Virus record (IMG/VR): IMGVR_UViG_3300044858_004015
Span: 1 to 62,651 of that record
Length of the DNA stretch: 62,651 bases
Origin: a virus
Taxonomy: Duplodnaviria; Caudoviricetes
Strand: one strand, 5' to 3'
This document shows, one piece after another, positions 46,501-54,164 of this stretch (positions are counted from its first letter, which is position 1; the number at the start of each line of letters is the position of its first letter). A program made the position numbers and the translations under genes. The notes beneath the pieces are model-generated. The model saw only the letters and a list, made by a program, of their open reading frames with translations. It was not told the origin of the DNA and ran no database searches.

Positions 46501-48209
46501 AGGTTGTTCGTAAAATCGATTAAGTCATTTGCTGTCTGGTTATATCTATCAGATACCGGAACCGTTGCATTTGGATCTGAAATTTTTTGCTCACGAAGTT
46601 TCTTTATTTTATCGGTTGCAAGTGCTTTCAGTTCGCTCATTGCACTCATTGATTCGACATCGCTGTACTTGCCGACAAGCTCTTCAGCTTTCGCCTTGAG
46701 ATCCCGATATGCTTCGAGATATTCCTTGCGATTCTTTTCGGGTGTTCCGCTGCGAGTCCCAGGCTTGGGAGGAAATGCCTTAATCGCAAAGTGCATACAC
46801 AAGCTTAAAAGCGGCTTCTCCTGCGCTTGTGCGACAAAATTCGTCGGCTCCAGCTTTAGCAGACTATCCCTGGTCACAAGCTTATCAGCGTTACCGTCCT
46901 TTTCAGCCTGCTCCAGCCCCTTCCAGGCGTTTACTTTGTGCCGCGCAGATCCCTTCAAGTCTTCCCCGGCATTGCCGACTTCAGAAGCTCTAGCGTAGAT
47001 GTAGTCTTCATCGAGCTTCTTTTGGGCAGCCTTGGCCGCTTCGCGCGGAGTACCGCCAGAGTTGATTGTCTCGCCGAATAGCGATGCCGCCGACTTCGGT
47101 TCAGGCGCGGCGGCTGGAGCGATCGGCGATTTCGGCTCGCTCGCTGGCTTTTCCACTGGCTTTTCCACTGGCTTTTCGACCGGCTTAGCGGCTTGCTTCT
47201 TACGGCTTACCATTTGCCATTTGCCAGGCGAATGCTGGAAAATGCCGTACTCTCTCCCGTCAATGCCCTCCATGCCCTTAGCGATCCGAGATTGTACGAA
47301 TTCGCTGGCTAACCCAGCGTGCATTGTGTCGTAAGTTCCATCAGATCCATCGCCGAGCTGATCGGCAGATACTCGGGCGATCCCGTCGCTTGGCGGTTGA
47401 TCCGGCTGCTTTGGTTCGGCCTTTGGTGGCTCAGGCTGACTTGGCTTACTTTCCGGTTCGCTTGGTCCATACCCTGGCGGCGTCACGTCGGTAACCGTAG
47501 CGCCGAGATTTTTCGCGTCGTGGGCCTTGGCCATGCCCATTAGCTTATCGTAGTGAGCTTTGAACTCTGCCTTAGTTCCTTTCCAACCTGGATTTATTGG
47601 GGGGTATCCAGTTAGATCGACGTCATCATCTGAATTGGATGCCGATGGAGATGCTTCGGGCTCGTCAGTTTTTGGCTGGACCTCGTTCTCTTCGTAATCC
47701 AACGGAGTTGGGAACCAATCGTGAAAAACTTTTGTTACTAATCGCTCCTCCCTTGGATCAAGCGTTTTTTGTGCCAATCGAACCTGCTCATGCAATTCGC
47801 GATAGGTCGAGTCGTATTCCTCCGAGTCTCGCTTGCTTTCTAATTCCATGCCCTTTTTGCGGATTTCAGCCAAAAGATCGTTGATGGGCCGAGCAACCAC
47901 TGTTTTTGCTTCTGGCTTTTGATTGGCTCCAGGTTTCGGCCGACTCACATCCGGATTGCCGCGACTTCCAAACGCTTCATCCAATGTCTTCCCAGCAAAC
48001 CTACCGGTCAGCATTTTTCCATCGCCAGAAATTTTGACCGGATGACCGCCATGTTTCTTGCCGTCCGCGCCGGGCTCGCCGCCAATCGTGATCCACTTGG
48101 CATTACCGTCATCCCCAAATAACTCAGGCGACTTGCTCTTTTGCGCACGCCGAGCCATGTAGCGATCTAAAACGCCGTAGCCAGCGATCAATTCTGCTAT
48201 ATTCATCAA
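37560..48209 (-). CDS. Giant (3549 aa) polyvalent protein with LPD1/zincin, TGT-like and protein-kinase-like domains
   Basis: ALAHEWGHAFDH + YWASGREVFARTFE (~46200-45430); IDNG...APDVVGD...VAQDG...FIGGST...HIGRVNS (~41250-40620); IGKG...VIK...LHDAG...ND...FFDFG (~39540-39130). Confidence 0.85.
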   Translation of the reverse strand: MMNIAELIAGYGVLDRYMARRAQKSKSPELFGDDGNAKWITIGGEPGADGKKHGGHPVKISGDGKMLTGRFAGKTLDEAFGSRGNPDVSRPKPGANQKPEAKTVVARPINDLLAEIRKKGMELESKRDSEEYDSTYRELHEQVRLAQKTLDPREERLVTKVFHDWFPTPLDYEENEVQPKTDEPEASPSASNSDDDVDLTGYPPINPGWKGTKAEFKAHYDKLMGMAKAHDAKNLGATVTDVTPPGYGPSEPESKPSQPEPPKAEPKQPDQPPSDGIARVSADQLGDGSDGTYDTMHAGLASEFVQSRIAKGMEGIDGREYGIFQHSPGKWQMVSRKKQAAKPVEKPVEKPVEKPASEPKSPIAPAAAPEPKSAASLFGETINSGGTPREAAKAAQKKLDEDYIYARASEVGNAGEDLKGSARHKVNAWKGLEQAEKDGNADKLVTRDSLLKLEPTNFVAQAQEKPLLSLCMHFAIKAFPPKPGTRSGTPEKNRKEYLEAYRDLKAKAEELVGKYSDVESMSAMSELKALATDKIKKLREQKISDPNATVPVSDRYNQTANDLIDFTNNLSPYSRNKTSVGGRFGEFVKQVERKYGTSLDAAAKSSIEAKRAYWGNLTRHAQDLIEGQSMTDVFGLEKKKVRRFDPSEAYVSYAKREGGRDVSKIVADPNKAVKHMVDELQIRGVQWGNSVTDDERKHHAGKVVEAITDLADVVGLHPKDFSLGGKLGLAIGARGKGNASAHYEPGSKVINLTRASGVGALAHEWGHAFDHMLADFKTSLKDTSYMSENSEFTHEIVDDSTGRSFDAPHNAKPNKGFSMREKSRSDIRKAYNSWKEACKPYRDRLRTVLQQEVRNGTMSHAKAQDYWASGREVFARTFERHVKHKLEEDGRQNTYLSGLGGDHPLWPNAEEAKAMAPAFDAIFAAFRQEKYGSAEKVKFSRIAAMKELMAFWGFGPHLEQYARKSPKSSPGQMSFDDLDGGRWITIGSESGADGGKHGGHPVYIGKDGEMKTGKFAGQKLSEAFGGEDQKQSKRLTIREPGEPGGQPIQQSDLKDVDEASIKAMAPGAIKRGNRELQAKEDGINSAEESRLFNENFSKIVADHPSKIRKQDVYRLLSEVPENRAGNFENWLIKQRPDLAEEINESSTEILEERASKKLPQSDSEPSGNPPGLAIDPDQLRGNNFKFADEPVEREINNRRLAASKRRLKLERDAAPLISDQIAELQPTPEQRIKDIDKRNQEIFKHFDEHSKATREKAIKGISELSPEDQQRFMAYWNNSPVPSDPAYLATALAKFKSGKVNTQAIVDRSDIEDPEKRKRVEKLDKQKMTMQNIFDNATAVEGKRYAKERIDQIQSELDKELASDGGDAELGKPKPQPTFAQPKVGEDAADARARNINRPSPHKEGDRVEWEGKHGTIVGPASGDIIGTDHTVKFDDGSTEEVGHDEIKAIDQPKSNDQASLAVEPAKSDKWSQREGESRQDFVKRMDKETPRAKSSRQMTADEQQHLKDVLNEVVPGVKVRRNTTKDKGVSILPPGMEPFTPEENNSIREVLRKLGAVDHQTGSHMKPVDYHTSGIYSLVMDADGPHPEFADDPEPKAYQRRAEKIAEATKKADGMAQSAMHGAGFTKYTDNQHRKANEEALKLAGKPGSKPPQPTSAASLGGESTDRDNAIQHALGIIDKAGHVQTGAQAEQQGQTAWANMPEKFRKQFSGYKEFGSAVGKAFQERSQSDSKAASQKLSPQDDLKARLSKMDVSQGLSVNDIEDLRRQMWEQHGIDTPKPVEIRQAAERLRQSVDVSKANSPTAKQSNKEESENLSEDEKSWQESADNFNEVTGNPKDARSRSLHRAISYANSIKNSYNRKLQRGEISKDQRDDMHRSLDAEIGMFGSILKERGDYAGGGPYSDESGFDSAGIAIPKGSPKKSNQHASSSPENADKSDTPKSDTGQETSSSASTINLSLVSPSLRDFASKHPGKWKEYSSGDEHGNPHNPYVAFKFDNGVVYRPISQSEVAKARAKKRGLGNLVGIKPIDSDMSEMIHASPFDFESMSENHPRRIKFEHRMKLKEMLPKKNSNLVTFAKRSTKAEFLSKYGDEHKSIIKNSTGLDVGEFWKQVNNGPGKSGNVEVKSSDLRETQSDQPSSGIAFDTRTNSDAKPNDQMGLFGDVANVPRGKAKLDVAPTKGKQLSMFDTKGDPDQMLMFDDGVTPEDRVMQFGRSGSIRDRAAELIQYWGLSTERLGELFRYAGKSQLMFDWDESKHPRETEKHDGKLPGQFAPKHAALGSAHDEWSSRRHKVVGDHPTSFLTGHSSEPVRNEARKNPGIGLLITPNTPQYVGHITDYSHIAIDNGVYSEFTGSAPFDEDKFRKLLDKVAKDPESKAKVKFVVAPDVVGDWRQTVKRSKPWLKEIRDRGFPVAWVAQDGIEKNTDQIPWDDFDVLFIGGSTAWKLGFNPIDGNPLRPTDSELQKSGVNYDHARLMKEAKKRGKKLHIGRVNSWKRAEMANYGVQAHTMDGNFIGVAPDQNLPKVRSWLESITHNMEKPTPKAKDLPEGYVEQPRAKPGGEVSDVDGKFYKGGSLMPVHGLFSGQQKKTANPKQFDGEMKAVKADQESKLRAVRQRSLEEIKDHIERTKEKETWDQLRSGPIGKVFWTGEQPGRFGYDVKKRIIPFLQTLNNDQIEAVGRWAKKRYIDHEIKTEIQRGGYSESEIQEYIKKDFDHQVGITAEMLIPKKIQKEFPSMPVAVEALRRLAGFSGTNDAIPVLQDLESILKPLSLRFVALKMVAAGNSKPTREVDVDRYSATWDESKHPRDELGQFAEVGHSFTAVPHRGNDPSVMQISKLDESHALVSNQWGMTAKVPKESLQHMRADLTGDIRYLAPHGSSGNASIDRVISGGAKYIGKGNDSVVWDSLDGNVIKSSTTVPYHAVGGPGHQTPENARKAAKQQFDAYQNLKRAGVKGLPNQSVVEHGDRVFTIQEKLNVLDKYTPEQARQAADLIKSLHDAGYAFNDELQFGTDGQGQLKFFDFGTVKKNDTTWGIYQDDQAMDRSRLGRIFQQAGIESELLDPPHIAANNAGSLLAQLEKRRSRGQDLDSKEKLLLAKAAESLHKAGSEDSHTFISAMQAGLSVAEAADFVSEYDHDDYLKSILKPLSLRFPEVKKHIKYSSIRDHAAKLVKYWGLNCDLSGEMFRYAGKSQLAFNWDESEHPRASAGKSDGGQFIPKDRIDNKAKQAEAKPKATAASKSDAIQQGAKRDKTGGGVFVKPITGPTGASIVSYTWQWQWEISEDGESEVKRSDWSRAETNEHTGRQIVHQFSVSIPGEGLKVASVESAIRLLGLTKEAGSKVRTLGTALLKLAQAEQKLASLKKEGASEYSQKWQEGEVDRLRKHARILEAEAAKRASGQNPIEEYRDLLREGHRIAEKMSTAPDGKVVSGSSWGAVSEIIRSLRKRDHGYSDSRIDEIKKRGIDIVRRLNTHLGLDAAGGRTAKSPYADDHKFRNFMKAKDETIPASTDMKIRNWHSKSGERLKTAILDAENWLKEVNEKSSQGRAGAFS
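38760..38789 (+). repeat. 30-bp direct repeat copy 1 (encodes SILKPLSLRF)
   Basis: AAATCTCAGCGACAAAGGTTTCAGGATAGA, identical to 39891-39920. Confidence 0.92.
39891..39920 (+). repeat. 30-bp direct repeat copy 2
   Basis: Identical to 38760-38789; spacing 1131 bp (377 codons). Confidence 0.92.
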
Positions 48210-49718
48210 CTATGCCCCTTGGCTTGTAACGCCGGTTTCTTTGTAATAATTCTCTAAAATCTGATCCTTCAGACTCTTTTCTTTCTTAGCCTGATCGATC
48301 GCCAAGGCCACCTGCGGATTGAAAAGCTGCTGCTCTTCATCGTTGGCCATAGAAATGCCGATAACGTCAGCAACGTCCGATGCCTTGATTCGCATCCCCA
48401 TATCCCAAGCTTGCTTCAGACCCTGCATTTTCTTTTGGGCGTCTTCGCTTTCCGTATCAATCTTGAATCGAAGATAGTACATTGCCGAGCGAGGAAAATT
48501 CCAAAGCTGAATCGGCCTTAAAAAGTCCTCTGTAAGCGTCTCCTCTTGATTGATCGCGTCGTAGGTGACGATATCGGCAAACGTCGCCATGTGAGCATCG
48601 GCAACGCCAGATCCCAATCCAGTCGCATCGGCTTCGCTGGTTAGAGTCTGCCCGAGGATGTATCGCTTGATCTTGTGGCCGAAGAATTCTTTGATTACGG
48701 TTAGCATCGAATCGACGCCAGCCATGCCTGGTTCGATATGCTCGACGCCAAACATGTCGGCTTGCTCGCCCGCGTAGACTGGGCAGAGAACGACAGATCG
48801 ACCGCCAGAGATGTATTCCTGGGCGGCCTTGCGAACCCGAGCTTCGGCAAGCTGATTACCTGCCGGAAATCGCCAGATCTCAACACCCATCGCCGACCGG
48901 TCGAGGTATTCCAATACCCGCTGGAGACATTCCGTCATGGCGTACCATGTCCAGTAGATGCGATCGCGGACGCCTACCCCGTGGATTCGACCCATCATTC
49001 GCGGCTCGTGAAACGGAGCGTCTTCGATCATGTGCTTATGCACCACAATCGTTTTTCGCTCTTGCGGGTCAAGCCAGTAGACCATCCCGTGATCGGTGTA
49101 TTGAATATGCTCTCGCTGCTCGTCGTGTCGCAGGCGGCTTTCGGTTCTGTAATGGGCACCAACGCGGATTCCGACCTGACCGGCCTGGTAGGTGTGCGTT
49201 CCATCGTCATACCGAAAAACGAGCTTGTCGCCATGTCTTGGCTCGACGCGCCGAGCGAAGATCCGCTTCTTGCCGTCGATCCAGTCTGTGCCGTAGTTGA
49301 TCGCCGCCGCGTACTTTCCATACCAGACGTTTTCCTGTAAAAATCGCCGCATTTCAGTAAATCGGCTGGTTCTCTTCAGGATTTTCGTTAGTTCTTCGGC
49401 CAGGATCTTTTGATCGTAAGACTGCGAATTTTCGGGCTCGATATGCCAGTTCAGGAGAGCGACAGACCGCTGGCGGCCTTCAAGCGATTCCATGATGCCG
49501 CAGTCCTTGCGCATTCGTTCGGCATTAGCCATCGAATTTAGCGTGGCTTCGTCGAGCGTCAGATAAGACTGGGACGTTATCCCAGTGCGACCTAGCGAAG
49601 TATAGGTGTGCGGAACGATATCTTGGCCGAAAAACGGCGGTGCCCCAGGGAATGCCCTTGCTGGGTCATAAGCACTCACGTCGAAGATTCGCGCTGGAAT
49701 CTGAGAATTATCGGTCAC
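48210..49718 (-). CDS. Portal protein, Mu gp29/DUF935-like
   Basis: IKRYILGQTLTSEAD..GLG..VADAH signature; 502 aa. Confidence 0.88.
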   Translation of the reverse strand: MTDNSQIPARIFDVSAYDPARAFPGAPPFFGQDIVPHTYTSLGRTGITSQSYLTLDEATLNSMANAERMRKDCGIMESLEGRQRSVALLNWHIEPENSQSYDQKILAEELTKILKRTSRFTEMRRFLQENVWYGKYAAAINYGTDWIDGKKRIFARRVEPRHGDKLVFRYDDGTHTYQAGQVGIRVGAHYRTESRLRHDEQREHIQYTDHGMVYWLDPQERKTIVVHKHMIEDAPFHEPRMMGRIHGVGVRDRIYWTWYAMTECLQRVLEYLDRSAMGVEIWRFPAGNQLAEARVRKAAQEYISGGRSVVLCPVYAGEQADMFGVEHIEPGMAGVDSMLTVIKEFFGHKIKRYILGQTLTSEADATGLGSGVADAHMATFADIVTYDAINQEETLTEDFLRPIQLWNFPRSAMYYLRFKIDTESEDAQKKMQGLKQAWDMGMRIKASDVADVIGISMANDEEQQLFNPQVALAIDQAKKEKSLKDQILENYYKETGVTSQGA

Positions 49719-49785
49719 TGGTGGCCCCTAGAGAAAGAGAACGGTTCAAGCCGACCATAACCGAAAGCAAAAAAAACTTCAAAGA

Positions 49786-50034
49786 CTATTCGTCTGCGGC
49801 AGGATATTGCCGAAATTGGACGACATGGGCTTCCTCTTCGAGCAAATCGCCAAGCATTTCTTCCGGTTCGCCGTCTTCGGCTATCTTTCTTCCCTGGTAG
49901 ATCTCGACGCGACCGCCAGAGCGAATCGAATTGAAAAGCGCCGTCAGAAACCGCTCTTCGATAAAACTATTAGACTGGATCGCCAGCGTCTGGATTCTTT
50001 TGCCGCTAACGTGGTGAATGACTTCCATATCCAT
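49786..50034 (-). CDS. Hypothetical protein
   Basis: Translationally coupled to the upstream gene. Confidence 0.55.
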   Translation of the reverse strand: MDMEVIHHVSGKRIQTLAIQSNSFIEERFLTALFNSIRSGGRVEIYQGRKIAEDGEPEEMLGDLLEEEAHVVQFRQYPAADE

Positions 50035-50978
50035 TACGGCCTCCCTGTGTTTGGTCTACCGCGATTAGGTCCAGCGCGATTAGGCAGAAAGCTTCGCGGT
50101 GCCAGCGTAGATCGCCTATGCCCTGCCTTCGATAGTAGATCCCGCCGCATTTGCCTGCCGTAATCGGATACCGCTGGATTCTGAGACTTTTCGAGTCGAC
50201 TAAGCGCCGACCATGTTTCGTTTGGTATCTTTGACGCAAAAGCGTTTACCTGATGCCGAGACCGAAACCCGGTTTGCGTAGCTTTACGCGGAACATATTC
50301 CCCCTGATTCTGAAGGAATTTATAGCGGTGCTGGTGCTGCCAAACCGTACCGCGAACCCTGAGATAATCCCAAACCGCTTTACCAGCGCTCGCATCGCTA
50401 GCCCGTGCGAATTCATGATATTTCGTTGTTGGAACGTCAAAATAAACGTAGGTCGAACCTGGCGACTGGGGACGATTACCGCCAGAAGTAGCTTCCGCTA
50501 AAAATGTAACGTACAGTAAGCCAGTGTTTGGGCTCCCTTCAGTTTCGAAGTAATAGCCCCAAACATTCGACGAGCTGACTTGCCGCATTCTATCCATCAG
50601 CCGATCGACAGCGCCCGCATCGTCGTAGCTCGCATCGCGACCGATCAGAGTTATTTCGTCGTAGACTTCCTGGACTTGCTGGATATCTCGCTGTTCTCTC
50701 GGCGTGATCCTGGGAGTCTGGGGAGCATGTCGTCGGTCGACCGGCTGGCCTTGCGGCGGTTCCCTGGTGGGTGGTGGAGCAAATGGGGGTGGTTGCGGTC
50801 CAGCGCCAGCCCTTTGCCCTGACGGCAAGACCGGAGGTTCTAAGGGGACACGACGGCCGTCCGGCAAGACTGGCGGCTCGACCACTGGCGGCTCAATAGT
50901 CGCCGTGATTGGCTTTCGCAATGACCGGCGCTCGAGAACACGCCGCACCGCTTTTCTTGCCAGGTCAAAAAGTTTCAT
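50034..50978 (-). CDS. KTSC-domain protein with a Pro-rich N-terminus
   Basis: VSSSNV..Y....LYVTF...YVYFDVP...Y..F......SAGK.VWDYLR. Confidence 0.75.
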   Translation of the reverse strand: MKLFDLARKAVRRVLERRSLRKPITATIEPPVVEPPVLPDGRRVPLEPPVLPSGQRAGAGPQPPPFAPPPTREPPQGQPVDRRHAPQTPRITPREQRDIQQVQEVYDEITLIGRDASYDDAGAVDRLMDRMRQVSSSNVWGYYFETEGSPNTGLLYVTFLAEATSGGNRPQSPGSTYVYFDVPTTKYHEFARASDASAGKAVWDYLRVRGTVWQHQHRYKFLQNQGEYVPRKATQTGFRSRHQVNAFASKIPNETWSALSRLEKSQNPAVSDYGRQMRRDLLSKAGHRRSTLAPRSFLPNRAGPNRGRPNTGRP

Positions 50979-51211
50979 TAGAGCCGTTCGATCCTGATTG
51001 GCAGGAAGATTCGAATTTTCAACAAAAATCCAGTGAAATGATTCCGAGTCAGCATTTCACCATCTGGCGGAAATGAATTCAACTTGAACACACCCAGGTA
51101 GAGTCGATACCAGCCCGGTGGGTAGCTAAAATCGCTGAAACTCTCGCAGACAAAATGGATCTTGCCAACTGACAAATCTCTAGGAAATTGCATTACATTG
51201 CCTCCAATCAC
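50978..51211 (-). CDS. Hypothetical protein
   Basis: Overlapping start/stop with both neighbours. Confidence 0.5.
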   Translation of the reverse strand: MIGGNVMQFPRDLSVGKIHFVCESFSDFSYPPGWYRLYLGVFKLNSFPPDGEMLTRNHFTGFLLKIRIFLPIRIERL

Positions 51212-51807
51212 TTACACAAACTGCCACAACGAGCGTAGCCGGCAATATCAGTCCAGTTATCGCGTTTTCGTTGATGCGTTTCGCGGCTGAGTTTCAACGC
51301 AATCATGAACATAGCGACTTCCCTAGCTTCAAACTCGACTCCCTTGATCGCCGACCACATCGCAGCCGTTCGCTGGAAATCCTGATCAGGCGGCCCATAC
51401 GAGGCATTTCGATCGCCCTTAGTAATTCTCAAAGCCTCTTCTAGCACGTCTTCCGGTTCGGAGTATTGGTATTCAACTTGGAGCCCGAGCCATTCCGCCA
51501 AGGCTTTCTCGGCTTTCGCGCCCCTGGAGTTCTCCCAGCCATTCAGCATGTAAATGGCATCGCATTTCTTCAGCGCCGCAACATCGCGATCGATCGCTTC
51601 ATTGAGCGAAAAGCCGATTATGTCCAGATCCATCCAGTCGTAGTCGTCTGGGAGTAAGATAGGATCAAACCCAGCTTCCCGATCTAGGTTAGCCGGAGAG
51701 ATTACATTGAACCCCCTGTCTTTCAAGAAAGATTCTGCCTGGTCGAACGCAGGAAAATTGAATCTCTTGATCCCGCGCATTGGTCCAGCAATGTAAACAG
51801 TTTTCAC
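51208..51807 (-). CDS. DUF4406 (nucleoside deoxyribosyltransferase-like) fused to a DUF6378-like domain
   Basis: VYIAGPMRG...FNFPAF...CDAIYMLNGWENSRGAKAE; then GDRNASYG...LKLSRE...DNWTDIAGYA. Confidence 0.78.
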   Translation of the reverse strand: MKTVYIAGPMRGIKRFNFPAFDQAESFLKDRGFNVISPANLDREAGFDPILLPDDYDWMDLDIIGFSLNEAIDRDVAALKKCDAIYMLNGWENSRGAKAEKALAEWLGLQVEYQYSEPEDVLEEALRITKGDRNASYGPPDQDFQRTAAMWSAIKGVEFEAREVAMFMIALKLSRETHQRKRDNWTDIAGYARCGSLCK

Positions 51808-52745
51808 CTAAGAGCCTCCACAAATGGTTCAAGTAGCGATTGTCCGTCGATAATAGGCACGTTGATATGCAAAAAATCTCCGTTAGATCGAACAAGCTGA
51901 AGCCCGTAGCCGTGGGTCCAGTCGGTTGGCGAAGTGTGCTGCCAAAGAGGCTGAAGCTTGCACAAGCAGCCTGGGCACCAGCCGCCAATCGCGCCGTCTC
52001 GGACTGTTCTAATCAGGTAACTATCAGCCCTATGGGTATGCCCATGGACCACATTTCCGCCAAATTTTCTAACGTGCGCACTAGCAGCGTGCGAACTCGT
52101 GTAGCTTCCGTGCGTGAAATAGCAATTTCCCGATTTAATCGTCCCTGGTATCGGCAGATCGTCGTAGAAAACGCCCTGTCTGATCCAGCGCATTCCCCGC
52201 TTCTCAATGCCTAACACCGAATCCGCCGAAAACATTTTTCGCAAAAATTCGCCGTCAGCCTGCGATTTTAATACCTGCGTGACGATCCAAGATTCTATTC
52301 GTCGCTCGTGATTGCCTTCGATGTAAATATGGTCAGCATTACATCGGCTCATAACAGCATCTAAAAGCTGATTCGTCGCCGACACGTCATTTTCAAACGT
52401 GTATTCGGTTTGCGCAACGTAGCCTAGTGTGTGATGTTGAGCCAGGAATCCGCCGCACTCCAAATGATCGCCGATCCAAATAACTTCAGCCGGTTTGATG
52501 ATTTCGGTATCAGCCAGCATCGCGGATATTGCCGCAGGATCGCAGCCGCTACCATGCGTGTCTGGAATAACCAGACGGCAATGGCTTCCGCCTTTAGTTG
52601 TCTTCCGCTTACCAATGGATAGCTTGAATTTCGCCGATCGCATTCGATCAATTTGGTCGGCCTGCTTGCGAACTAGCTCGCGAAGCGTTGCAATCTCGGA
52701 TCTTTCCTTGGCAGAAGCTATCGCCGATTTTGCTGTCCTATTCAT
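51804..52745 (-). CDS. Calcineurin-like metallophosphoesterase
   Basis: IPDTHG, IGD, EGNHE, FTHG, HGHTH. Confidence 0.88.
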   Translation of the reverse strand: MNRTAKSAIASAKERSEIATLRELVRKQADQIDRMRSAKFKLSIGKRKTTKGGSHCRLVIPDTHGSGCDPAAISAMLADTEIIKPAEVIWIGDHLECGGFLAQHHTLGYVAQTEYTFENDVSATNQLLDAVMSRCNADHIYIEGNHERRIESWIVTQVLKSQADGEFLRKMFSADSVLGIEKRGMRWIRQGVFYDDLPIPGTIKSGNCYFTHGSYTSSHAASAHVRKFGGNVVHGHTHRADSYLIRTVRDGAIGGWCPGCLCKLQPLWQHTSPTDWTHGYGLQLVRSNGDFLHINVPIIDGQSLLEPFVEALR

Positions 52746-53013
52746 CGCAGAGCGCCTTCATGTGATCGACAACGCATCGAGGCAATACGTTGAGCGAAAA
52801 TTCTTTGATGAAAAATTTCGCCAGCGAAGTAACGGAAGGATAAAGACGATTGATTTCGCTCCCGGCGATTCCGCGTTCCTTCCAGATTTCTTTCATTTCG
52901 CTCAGGTCTTCGCTTGCAATCGCGACCCACCAGCCGCGATTCTTTTGATCCTTCGGTGCTGATTCAATCAGTCTTTGCCGTAGGCTAGATGCTGTTGCTT
53001 TCTTCCTGTTCAA
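52738..53013 (-). CDS. Hypothetical protein
   Basis: TTG start overlapping the upstream stop (part of ORF 52738..53148). Confidence 0.5.
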   Translation of the reverse strand: MNRKKATASSLRQRLIESAPKDQKNRGWWVAIASEDLSEMKEIWKERGIAGSEINRLYPSVTSLAKFFIKEFSLNVLPRCVVDHMKALCDE

Positions 53014-53315
53014 CTGTTCACCTCGTCGCAGAATGATTCGTAAATAGCCCAGGTTTTCTGCCAAGCATTCCAAAACGCTGGGCCGTGTGGTTGATCGGGT
53101 GGGTCTAGGTGCCACGAAATAGCGTGTGCTACCTCGTGAGATAACCAAGTCGCTTGGTCGCTGGCGTTTTCGTCGATCTCGATAAAAAAGACACCATCCT
53201 TGAAGCGAAGGCTTGTTAGCCCGAGATTTTGACTTAGCGGCTTTCGATGAACTCGAAATTTAAGACCTGGAAATTCCTTGCGATATCGAGCGGCTAATTT
53301 TTTGAGCAAATCCAT
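53010..53315 (-). CDS. SprT-like zinc metallopeptidase
   Basis: LSHEVAH...HGPAFW. Confidence 0.75.
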   Translation of the reverse strand: MDLLKKLAARYRKEFPGLKFRVHRKPLSQNLGLTSLRFKDGVFFIEIDENASDQATWLSHEVAHAISWHLDPPDQPHGPAFWNAWQKTWAIYESFCDEVNS

Positions 53316-53413
53316 TCTTCACCGCCAAGGGTAATGCTCTCGATAAACTACCGATTGGCCGACTCCATTCAGCCAACCGGCTCCCAGTGTTCTGATTTCA
53401 AAATGTCTCCAAC

Positions 53414-53560
53414 TTAACCATACGTAGATGGTTTTTGATCTTTTCGTATTATTGGCCTTGGCAGCCTGCTGCTAACGACTCTCGGCCAGTAAACTCGCAA
53501 GACGAGCAAGACCGGCATCGTAAGAATCAGGCTGGTAATGATGATCCAGACTATGAACAT
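53414..53560 (-). CDS. Small membrane peptide (48 aa)
   Basis: MFIVWIIITSLILTMPVLLVLRVYWPR..., directly after the upstream stop. Confidence 0.35.
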   Translation of the reverse strand: MFIVWIIITSLILTMPVLLVLRVYWPRVVSSRLPRPIIRKDQKPSTYG

Positions 53561-53564
53561 TCAA

Positions 53565-54164
53565 CTAATCGGCGGTGGTGATCGAAGCTAGGAAGTCCAG
53601 GATCTCAGCATTCAGCGTGTCGCCAATTCCCTTGATCGGAACTAGCGATCCGTTCTCGGCGATGTATTTCTTGACGTCCTCGATCGTGTTCAGGCCGGCA
53701 CGAATCAAAATTTTTGCGCCAGGGATATTCGTCGATGCCAGGCCGGTTTCCGTTGTGTCCGACGACGAATTAGATTCATCTAACGCCGAATCTAATTCGT
53801 CGTTAGGCTGGCTGGCTTGATCCAGCAAAACATTGACATTTTGATCACTAACCGCCGAATCTTCATTTTGAGATTCGTCGTTTTCGTCGTTTTCGTCGTT
53901 CTCCATGATGAATTCGCTTGGACCCAAGCCGGTAACGGTCCCGTTGTCAGGCGATACAGCAAACACCTCTTCGATGACGAATCCATGGCGCGCCGCCGAA
54001 TCTTCTGTATACCGCTCTGGTAATCGATCTGGCCAGCAGACGCAAATCTGATCGAGACCGCCATATTCAATCGCGAAACCGTAGCCAACCAAATTGTTGA
54101 CGTCGGTGACTCTCAATAGTGTTCCACGTAATCGGAATTTTGATTCCAAGGTAAGTTCTCCCAT
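53565..54164 (-). CDS. Acidic protein with a C-terminal helix-hairpin-helix
   Basis: ILIRAGLNTIEDV...IKGIG. Confidence 0.6.
   Translation of the reverse strand: MGELTLESKFRLRGTLLRVTDVNNLVGYGFAIEYGGLDQICVCWPDRLPERYTEDSAARHGFVIEEVFAVSPDNGTVTGLGPSEFIMENDENDENDESQNEDSAVSDQNVNVLLDQASQPNDELDSALDESNSSSDTTETGLASTNIPGAKILIRAGLNTIEDVKKYIAENGSLVPIKGIGDTLNAEILDFLASITTAD

Noticed and set aside
36311-47190. Short in-frame tandem repeats (SQxADSV near 36320-36365, KPVE x3 near 47145-47185; similar ones near 3800, 25710 and 53875)
   Set aside because: Ordinary slippage repeats in disordered linkers with no sign of phase variation
37560-48209. Many 60-205 aa ORFs antisense to or nested in the giant gene
   Set aside because: Shadow frames of a long coding sequence with no motifs or RBS support
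31655-49718. Transposable Mu-like phage
   Set aside because: Head genes are Mu-like, but there is no DDE transposase or MuB; an integrase, attP and a P4-like replicon are present instead
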